From positions 1-29,256 of the forward strand of contig JBPOGF010000032.1 of NCBI GenBank assembly GCA_051251915.1: a DNA stretch of 29,256 nt. Direction: 5' to 3'. The position numbers were made by a program, and so were the translations under genes. Below, piece by piece: positions 9,002-16,191 of this stretch. The notes under the pieces were generated by a model, which saw only the letters and a program-made list of their open reading frames with translations, was not told where the DNA came from and searched no databases. How positions within the stretch are numbered: position 1 is the stretch's first letter; the number at the start of each line of letters is the position of its first letter. This DNA comes from Akkermansiaceae bacterium (GTDB lineage: Bacteria > Verrucomicrobiota > Verrucomicrobiia > Verrucomicrobiales > Akkermansiaceae).

Positions 9002-11173
9002 ATGTTTGATCTACAGAGTAAATATAGCCCTCAGGGGGACCAGCAGCAGGCGATAGATAAGTTGATGAAGTCAATTGATGCGGGAAATATGCATCAGACG
9101 TTGTGGGGTGTTACGGGATCTGGGAAGACGTATACGATGGCTAATTTGATCAAGGGTGTGGGGAAGCCAACGTTGATCATGAGTCATAATAAGACGTTGG
9201 CGGCGCAGCTTTACTCCGAATTTAAGACATTTTTTCCGAATAATGCGGTGGAGTATTTTGTGAGTTACTTTGATTATTATCAGCCTGAGGCTTATATTCC
9301 GCGGACGGATACTTTTATTGAGAAGGACTCAGCGATCAATGATGAGATTGAGAGGTTGAGGTTGAGTACGATGGGGAGTTTGATCACGCGTAAGGATGTG
9401 ATTGTGATAGCGAGTGTGAGTTGTATTTATGGTTTGGGGTCACCGGATGATTATATGAATAGTATGTTGCCGGTGAAGGTGGGTGATGAGGTGGGTAGGG
9501 ATGAGTTTTTGGAGAAGTTGGTGGATATGTTGTTTGAGCGGAATGATGTGGAGTTTAGTAGGGGTAAGTTTAGGGTAAGGGGTGATGTGGTGGAGATAAG
9601 GCCTGCGTATATGGAGCAGTCGGCTATTAGGGTGGAGTTTTTTGGGGATGAGATTGAGAGAATTTCTGAGATTGATACGAGGAGTGGGCATAAGTTGGGG
9701 GAGTTGGAGCAGTTTATCTTTTTCCCAGCTAAGCAGTTTGTGACGAGTAAGGTGAAGATGAAGAAGGCGATTGTGGAGATCCGGAAGGAGATGAAGGCGC
9801 GGGTGGCGGAATTTGAGAAAGATGGGCGGCTGATAGAAGCGCAGCGGATACGGATGCGGACGGAGTATGATATAGAGATGATGCAGGAGATGGGATTTTG
9901 TCAGGGGATAGAGAATTATTCTAGGCATGTGACTGGGCGTGAGAAGGGGGCGACTCCTTATACTTTGCTGGATTTCTTTCCTGATGATTTTTTGTTGTTG
10001 GCGGATGAGAGTCATGTGACGTTGCCGCAAGTTGGTGGGATGTTTGAGGGGGATAAGAGTAGGAAGAATGTGTTGGTGGAACATGGTTTCAGGCTACCTA
10101 GTGCACTGGATAATAGGCCGTTGAGGTTTGAGGAATATATGCGGAAGACGCATCAGCGGGTGTATGTAACGGCTACTCCGGGGCCGTTTGAGTTTATTAA
10201 CTGTAGGCCGGATAATAAGACGTATATTCCTTGGGTGAAGGGTGAGCTGAGTGCGAACCAGGCGATCAAGATTTTGCGGAAGCAGGTGAAGCCTAGTAAT
10301 ACGTTGGATACGGTGGAGGAATTTGATGTGGACAGCCGTGGGGAATGCTTGATGGTGCAGCAGATCATTAGGCCGACGGGGTTGTTGGATCCGATTTTGA
10401 CGATGAAGCCGCTGGATGGGCAGATCGATGCGACGATAGAGCTGTGTAGGGATAGGGTGGAGAAGAATGAGCGGGTGCTGGTGACGACGTTGACGAAGAA
10501 GACGGCGGAGGAGTTGAGTGAATATTTGTTAGAGGTGGGGCTGAAGGTGCGGTATATCCATGCGGATATTGATGCGGTGGAGAGGGTGGAGATATTGCGT
10601 CAGCTGAGGGCTGCTGAGTTTGATATTTTGGTGGGGATTAATTTGTTGAGGGAGGGGTTGGATTTGCCGGAGGTGAGTTTGGTGTGTATTTTGGATGCGG
10701 ATAATGAGGGGTTCTTGAGAAATGAGACGAGCTTGGTACAGACTGCGGGTAGGGCGGCGCGGCATGTGAATGGGGAGTGTGTGTTGTTCTGCGATAAGGT
10801 GACGGATAGTATCCAGGCGCTGTTGGATATTACGGAGTTTAGGCGTGGGGTGCAGATGGCGCATAATGAGAAGCATGGGATATCTCCACAGAGTGTGATA
10901 CGTGGGCTACAGCAGAGTCTGAGTAATGCAGATGAAACTAAGGATGCTGTTAGCTCTGTGGACCAGAGTATGGTTGCTGAGTCTGGTGTGGATTACAATG
11001 TGATGCAGGTGCTCTCTGAGTTGGAGGATGAGATGAGGGAGGCTGCGGGGAAGCTAGAATTTGAGAGGGCTGGGCACTTGCGTGATCAGATAGCTGAGCT
11101 AAAGAAAAAAGCAGGAATCGAGGACAAGCCTGCGATTCCTGCTAAGAAAAAGGTAGATTATAGGAAGTTATAA
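9002..11173 (+). CDS. uvrB: Excinuclease ABC subunit UvrB
   Basis: GVTGSGKT, HNKTLAAQL, beta-hairpin YFVSYFDYYQPEAY, DESH, GFRLPSALDNRPL, INLLREGLDLPEV and the C-terminal UVR coiled coil (LEFERAGHLRDQI). The ATG at 9002 is preferred as start. Confidence 0.97.
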   Translation: MFDLQSKYSPQGDQQQAIDKLMKSIDAGNMHQTLWGVTGSGKTYTMANLIKGVGKPTLIMSHNKTLAAQLYSEFKTFFPNNAVEYFVSYFDYYQPEAYIPRTDTFIEKDSAINDEIERLRLSTMGSLITRKDVIVIASVSCIYGLGSPDDYMNSMLPVKVGDEVGRDEFLEKLVDMLFERNDVEFSRGKFRVRGDVVEIRPAYMEQSAIRVEFFGDEIERISEIDTRSGHKLGELEQFIFFPAKQFVTSKVKMKKAIVEIRKEMKARVAEFEKDGRLIEAQRIRMRTEYDIEMMQEMGFCQGIENYSRHVTGREKGATPYTLLDFFPDDFLLLADESHVTLPQVGGMFEGDKSRKNVLVEHGFRLPSALDNRPLRFEEYMRKTHQRVYVTATPGPFEFINCRPDNKTYIPWVKGELSANQAIKILRKQVKPSNTLDTVEEFDVDSRGECLMVQQIIRPTGLLDPILTMKPLDGQIDATIELCRDRVEKNERVLVTTLTKKTAEELSEYLLEVGLKVRYIHADIDAVERVEILRQLRAAEFDILVGINLLREGLDLPEVSLVCILDADNEGFLRNETSLVQTAGRAARHVNGECVLFCDKVTDSIQALLDITEFRRGVQMAHNEKHGISPQSVIRGLQQSLSNADETKDAVSSVDQSMVAESGVDYNVMQVLSELEDEMREAAGKLEFERAGHLRDQIAELKKKAGIEDKPAIPAKKKVDYRKL

Positions 11174-11193
11174 TAGGTTTGTAATCAAACCTA
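11174..11193. terminator. Hairpin between the convergent uvrB and TPR genes
   Basis: TAGGTTTG-TAAT-CAAACCTA, an 8-bp stem with no strong U-tract. Confidence 0.45.
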
Positions 11194-11203
11194 CCTGTAA
11201 TCG

Positions 11204-12061
11204 TTATTTGATGTCTGACTGAGGAGTCACGAGGCTGTTGTCACTGCCTTGGGAGTGATGCTTGCCGTAATGGGCTTCGATGTATCCGAATTCAACCATG
11301 GTGTCATCCCATGAGGTCACGAGGTTAGGGTTGTTAGAGAATACTTTTTTGGCGGTGATAATCCAGTCAGAAGCGCTGGCTTTGTCATCCTTGTAGAAGG
11401 CTAATGCCGCATTGGCGTAGTAGTAGTATGGAGAATCAAGCAGATAGGTGTACTTGTGTGCTAGTTGCTTGGCTTGGGCTAGGTATTCTTTTTTCTCATC
11501 AGCTGTAACGTCATCGTCTTCTGACTGAGATAAGGCGAGCTGGCAGAGCATGATCTTGAATTCAACCAATCTGGCAAATTCTGAATCATGTTGAGACTCT
11601 ATTTTTTCTAGTAGAATTCTAAAGTTGGCGATGGATGATGCCCATTGGTTGTCACAGAATTCTAGCTCGGCGAGGTTGAAGAGGATCTTTGGGTCTTCTC
11701 CGGCCATGTCTACTGCTTTCTTGAAGATGTCTCTGGCTTTAGCAAAGTCTCTGAACTCGACGTAGATGGCACCGAGTAGGTTGTATGCGACTGGGTCTCC
11801 TTCGAAGATAGCTCGCATTTCGTATAGCGCCATTAGGGTTTCGAATGTGCGTTTGTTTGAGAAATAGCGGTGAGCATCTGCACGGAGTGTGAGATATTGT
11901 CTGCGTTGATCTTCAGGTAAGTTACTAAAGCGGGTGTTGAGAATGGCAGCTTTGTTAGGTGCTGCCTGGACTTCTTCTTGGTCTGCATCTACTTGGGCGA
12001 TAGCTGATGTGCTAGCAAATGAGCTAGCGATGAGTGAGATAAGTAAAATTTTGTGTTTCAT
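11204..12061 (-). CDS. Secreted tetratricopeptide-repeat protein
   Basis: Signal peptide MKHKILLISLIASSFASTSAIA. TPR-like segments AYNLLGAIYVEFRDFAKARDIFKKAV and ILFNLAELEF...WASSIANF. Confidence 0.8.
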   Translation of the reverse strand: MKHKILLISLIASSFASTSAIAQVDADQEEVQAAPNKAAILNTRFSNLPEDQRRQYLTLRADAHRYFSNKRTFETLMALYEMRAIFEGDPVAYNLLGAIYVEFRDFAKARDIFKKAVDMAGEDPKILFNLAELEFCDNQWASSIANFRILLEKIESQHDSEFARLVEFKIMLCQLALSQSEDDDVTADEKKEYLAQAKQLAHKYTYLLDSPYYYYANAALAFYKDDKASASDWIITAKKVFSNNPNLVTSWDDTMVEFGYIEAHYGKHHSQGSDNSLVTPQSDIK

Positions 12062-12118
12062 AGGGATTAAAGTATTATTCAATACTAAGATCTTCTACCA
12101 TTAGTTCAAGAAGACATT

Positions 12119-12688
12119 TCAATAAACGTGATGTTTTTGAATGTAGGCTAGAACGAGTGGGTTTAGCCAAGCTTGGGTAAGGGGTGAGATAGGTTGTGAC
12201 CGGATGGCTGTAGCGGAGGCTGTGTGAGAGCCGCTGATGTGAATGAATGTGAAGTTTTCGACTGGTTCTGGTTCCTCTCCTCTGGAAACAACGATGAATT
12301 TTACGAGGGTTGCGAGATACTCGGCTCTGTCCCATTTTAAGATAGCTTCCCATTGATCGGAGCCCATGAGCCAGTAGAGCTCTGCATCTGGGAACCTTTC
12401 TTGCATGACTTCTGCGGTTCTCCAAGAGTATGAGGGCGGTGGGGCGGTGAGGTCATAGTCATCGACTTCTGCCCAGGGGAATGATGATATGGCGAGTTTG
12501 CACATGGCTAGGCGGTGATGATCTGGGGCATTTTCCTTGGTGAGTTTGTGGGGAGATTGCCTGCAGGGGAGGAAAATGATTTTGTCGATGTTTAGTTTGC
12601 GGTAGCATTTTTCAGCGATGTAGGTGTGGCCCAAATGAATTGGGTCGAAACTGCCACCTATTAAACAGATTTTTTTCTTTGCTTTCAT
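12119..12688 (-). CDS. nadD: Nicotinate-nucleotide adenylyltransferase
   Basis: GGSFDPIHLGH, P..QSPHK, SYSWRT, WLMGSDQW...KW and SATAIR. Confidence 0.94.
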   Translation of the reverse strand: MKAKKKICLIGGSFDPIHLGHTYIAEKCYRKLNIDKIIFLPCRQSPHKLTKENAPDHHRLAMCKLAISSFPWAEVDDYDLTAPPPSYSWRTAEVMQERFPDAELYWLMGSDQWEAILKWDRAEYLATLVKFIVVSRGEEPEPVENFTFIHISGSHTASATAIRSQPISPLTQAWLNPLVLAYIQKHHVY

Positions 12689-12712
12689 GTGGAAACTGAT
12701 GATTTCGGAGGG

Positions 12713-13876
12713 ATGAATTTTTTACTTTGTTTTCTGGAGTCGCTTAAGCTTGGGCTGACTTCTTTTGGTGGGCCTGTGGCTCACTTAGGATATTTCAGGG
12801 AGGCGTATGTGGAGCGGCTGAAATGGTTATCTGATGAGCGGTTTGCTGAACTGCTGGCAGTATGTCAATTTATACCTGGTCCTGCAAGTAGTCAATTGGG
12901 GGCATCGATAGGATATGAGAAGGGTGGCTGGCTGGGCGCTGTTGGGGCTTGGTTAGGTTTTACTTTGCCGTCGGCGGTATTGATGATTTTGTTTTTCACT
13001 AGTATGGATGTTTTGACTGGGTGGATGGGTAGTGGTTGGATTCATGGGTTGAAAATAGTGGCTGTGGCGGTGGTGGCGAATGCTGTTCTGGGGATGCAGA
13101 GGCAGCTTTGTTCAGAAGCGAAGGGGATGTTTATTGGGTTGTTGGTGGCGGTTATTTTGATTGTGTTTATGGTGCCTTGGTTGCAACCGCTGTTGATTTT
13201 GTTAGGTGGGGTTTTAGGGGTGGTGTTATTTAAAGGTGATGCGTCTGCGAATGATGGGGCGGGGCGCAGAATTAAGCATCCATGGGGGAGCTTGGTGGTT
13301 TTAGGTTGTTTCCTGGTTGGGGTGGTATTTTTATCATCGATGCGTTTCACTACTGATGACGCTACGATGGTGGCTGGGTTGGCAAAAACTGGCTCGATGG
13401 TATTTGGTGGTGGGCATGTGGTGTTGCCTTTGTTAGAGGCTGAGACGGTGGCGAAGAACCTGATGACTCAGGATCAATTTTTGGCTGGTTATGGTCTGGC
13501 GCAGGCCGTTCCTGGGCCGATGTTTACCTTTGCTGCTTATATTGGGGCGTTGGTGGGGATTGATGGGGGGCCTTGGTTGGGTGGAATAGTAGGAGTGGTT
13601 GCTATTTTTCTTCCGGGGATGATTTTACTGACTATCGGGATGCCTATTTGGAATGCGTATAAAAATATCTCTTGCATTAGGGCTGGGCTGAGGGGGGCAA
13701 GTGCTGCGGTGGTGGGGCTTATTTTGGCGGCTTTGGTTTATATGCTTAGAGCTGGGGTGATAGGTAGTGTGCTGGAGGCTGCTATTGCGATAGTTTGTGC
13801 GATCATTATTTATAAGAAAATAGTTCCTGTTTGGCTTGTGGTGATATTTGGTATCGCACTGGGGTTTGTTTTGTAG
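12713..13876 (+). CDS. chrA: Chromate efflux transporter (CHR family, long chain)
   Basis: LGLTSFGGPVAHLGY, QFIPGPASSQ, GSMVFGGGHVVLPLL and AQAVPGPMFTFAAYIG, with multiple hydrophobic helices. Start is uncertain (GTG 12689 or ATG 12713). Confidence 0.92.
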   Translation: MNFLLCFLESLKLGLTSFGGPVAHLGYFREAYVERLKWLSDERFAELLAVCQFIPGPASSQLGASIGYEKGGWLGAVGAWLGFTLPSAVLMILFFTSMDVLTGWMGSGWIHGLKIVAVAVVANAVLGMQRQLCSEAKGMFIGLLVAVILIVFMVPWLQPLLILLGGVLGVVLFKGDASANDGAGRRIKHPWGSLVVLGCFLVGVVFLSSMRFTTDDATMVAGLAKTGSMVFGGGHVVLPLLEAETVAKNLMTQDQFLAGYGLAQAVPGPMFTFAAYIGALVGIDGGPWLGGIVGVVAIFLPGMILLTIGMPIWNAYKNISCIRAGLRGASAAVVGLILAALVYMLRAGVIGSVLEAAIAIVCAIIIYKKIVPVWLVVIFGIALGFVL

Positions 13877-13932
13877 TTCGGGGTTTTGTTTTTTAGGCTG
13901 TTAGTCAGGGTTATTTTTGTTTAGATGGGCAG

Positions 13933-15201
13933 ATGAAGAAACTGCTCATCAACCTACTTTCCTTCGGTTTAATTCATGGCGTGGGCTTCGCTGATCCGCT
14001 TAATGAAAGTCCTCCAAAGTCATTAAATTGGGATACTTACGAAGAGGTTTCTAGGCATGCATCTCAGTTGGCTCATGAGACGCTCTATTTCGGAGTAGAC
14101 TGGAAGAGCAACTTACTTGATGCTCAGCGTGAAGCTTATAAGGATGATAAGCCGATTGTGATGATTTTGTTCTTTGGTGATCATCGGTCGAACTGTTGAC
14201 AGAATGGAGCGAAGATAAGGCAGTCTGCCTTACAGAGTAAAGAGTTCATCGAAATGTTAAAGGCTGATTGTGTGAGCTTAGCAAGTAGTGATGTGAAATA
14301 TAATAACCTGAGTGATTCCTTGAAGGCTAAGGGAGAGTATCAGTTTCTGAGGAAAGCATTATCTGATGCAAAGCATGGAATCCATCAAGGAGTGTATGTT
14401 GTCACGCCGTCTGGGGAGCTTATAAAGCAGATTAATTGGGGGTGGCCGGTTCCAGATGAGGATGAGATGAATGCTCAGTTGGGTGAGAGTATCGCTATTT
14501 ACAAGAAGATGCCTAAGGCTGAGAGACTAGGGAAGGTGATGCTAGGGGAGAGTGATCGATCTATGCCGCTATTGGCGCAGAAAAAGGCACCTGAGGCCTG
14601 GCTTGAGTTGCGTAATACGACGAGGTCTTATGGATTTGAGGATATGGAATTGTTTGATATTCGGCACCCTGCCTTTGTGACTATTGATAAGCTATGGTTC
14701 TCACGAGAGGAGAAGAAGAAGTTTGTGCCAAGTAGTGCTAGTAAGGGGTCGCGCGAAAAGGTAGCGCCTGAGGCGTTGGAACGAATGCTAGTGAATAGTC
14801 ATCTTATTACGGGGCGTTCAGCATGGTGGAGTGAGCATACATTAAAAGCGGAGATGGAAATGGAAGTAGTTTCCTCATCTCGCGATCAATTGGTGATTCA
14901 TTATCAAGGGGAGTTTAAGCAGATGGGGACGTCGAAATGGTGTAAGGATAGTTACAGTGGAAGCTTGCTGGGAAAAGCGACGTGGAATCCTGTCAAAAAT
15001 CAATTTTCATCATTTGAGTGGGTGTCACTAGGGGAGCACGGGCTTGATAAGCTGTTGCCGAATATGCACCGGGGGACTACCAAGACGGTGAGTGTGGCAT
15101 CAAAGCTAATCTTAGATCCGCAGAATGTATGCGAACAGGGGATAGGGCCGGCGAGTTGGCCGAATTCATATACGAAAGAAATGCAGGCTCAGGTGAAATG
15201 A
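13933..15201 (+). CDS. Putative secreted selenoprotein, 422 aa, with a thioredoxin-like N-terminal domain and vicinal Cys88-Sec89 (in-frame TGA at 14197-14199)
   Basis: ORFs 13933-14199 and 14254-15201 are in the same frame (offset 321 nt) and separated by one TGA. The read-through is ...KPIVMILFFGDHRSNC-U-QNGAKIRQSALQSKEFIEMLKAD... There is an N-terminal signal peptide and a SECIS-like hairpin downstream of the TGA. Confidence 0.75.
14216..14232 (+). promoter_or_regulatory. Candidate bacterial SECIS element (UAAGGCA-GUC-UGCCUUA)
   Basis: Perfect 7-bp stem. The loop starts with GU and lies 23 nt after the TGA. Confidence 0.65.
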
Positions 15202-15205
15202 ATCT

Positions 15206-15269
15206 AAAAAAAACACCCCGCCTAGAGTGAGCTAGACCTAATGCAAGGTCAATCACGCGAGACGGGGTG
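15206..15269 (-). terminator. Long stem-loop with U8 tail, probable terminator between the two convergent selenoprotein genes
   Basis: On the minus strand, CACCCCGUCU pairs with AGGCGGGGUG, with inner GUGA/UCAC and GACCU/AGGUC pairings, followed by UUUUUUUU. Confidence 0.7.
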
Positions 15270-15310
15270 AAACAAACACATTAATAATGTAATGAAAAAA
15301 ATGTTAGTTA

Positions 15311-16042
15311 CTATTCAGCGTTTTCAGTAGCTTTGGCGGCTTCTTCAGTTGCTGTATTGATCATTTTTTGGTCGGCTTCAGATAGTTTACTGAGCTGATA
15401 TTTGACTACTTTGAGGTTATGGAGTTTGAATATGACGGTGTCACCGGTTACAGATGTTACTGATGCGGAGATTTTTTTACCTTCTTCGTTTGTCCAATTG
15501 CGTTGTGGTATGAGTGGCGCATTGGTTTTTCTTACTCTTTTTTCTTCAGGTTCTTCTTCGTCGCCTACTTCTTTGAGTGCTTTTTTGATCGTTTTCTCGA
15601 AGTCATCAGAGCTAGGAGAGCCTTTAAAAATGACTGATCCTGATGTGTCGAAGACGAGGGCGTATGGTATTCCTCTAACTTTTGCTGGGCCGTTGACACC
15701 TTTGGTGATGGTGAATTCTACTTTGGCATTATCGGTTATTTTCTTGATTTGAGCATCACTACTTCCTTGTGATTCTGCACCGATGATAACGAGTCCTTTC
15801 TTGCGTGATTTTTTGTCCATCTGAACCAGATGGGGCATTCCTGCGATACATGGTGGTCAGTTGACGCCCCAGTATTCGAGAACGACGACTTTTCCTTTGA
15901 GATATTCTTCCGTGGGTTTCTCTCCAACTACTGTTTCAGAGAATGTGAAACTGGATAGTTTCATTTCTTTCTCATCCTCCGCGTGAAGATTAAATGATAG
16001 CACGGCCAAGATGGTGACTGTGAGTGTTGCTAATAGTTTCAT
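15311..16042 (-). CDS. Putative secreted selenoprotein, 243 aa: TlpA/ResA-like thioredoxin domain with U62-P-P-C65 plus a C-terminal SHD1-like domain
   Basis: ORFs 15857-16111 and 15311-15838 are in frame across the TGA at 15859-15857: LKGKVVVLEYWGVN-U-PPCIAGMPHL. Also cis-Pro motif VRGIPYALVFD, signal peptide MKLLATLTVTILAVLSFNLHA, and C-terminal RNWTNEEGKKISAS...LSKLSEADQ resembling SHD1. Confidence 0.88.
15817..15833 (-). promoter_or_regulatory. Candidate bacterial SECIS element (CCAUCUG-GUU-CAGAUGG)
   Basis: Perfect 7-bp stem. The loop starts with GU and lies 30 nt after the TGA. Confidence 0.7.
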
Positions 16043-16191
16043 AATTTTTGAGGTTAGTTGGTTTGAAAGGAGCTTAATTAGACAGCGTTTCATACTAAGA
16101 CTATTGTTCATTTTAAGTGAAAAAGAAACAATTTTATTGTGTCTACGGATTGATTGACCAAGTGGCTAGATTGAACTAGGCTCTGGTTCTC

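Noticed and set aside
13933..16111. Genome-wide UGA reassignment (genetic code 4 or 25) as the explanation for the in-frame TGAs
   Set aside because: TGA ends pdxJ and murI at their expected C-termini, and the other conserved genes translate to full length under code 11 without internal TGA.
13933..16111. Four separate small genes or two pseudogenes, as the ORF track implies
   Set aside because: The fragments are in frame, each pair is split by one TGA at a redox motif, there are no other lesions, and each TGA has a SECIS-like hairpin. Recoding is the simpler explanation, though it is unproven.
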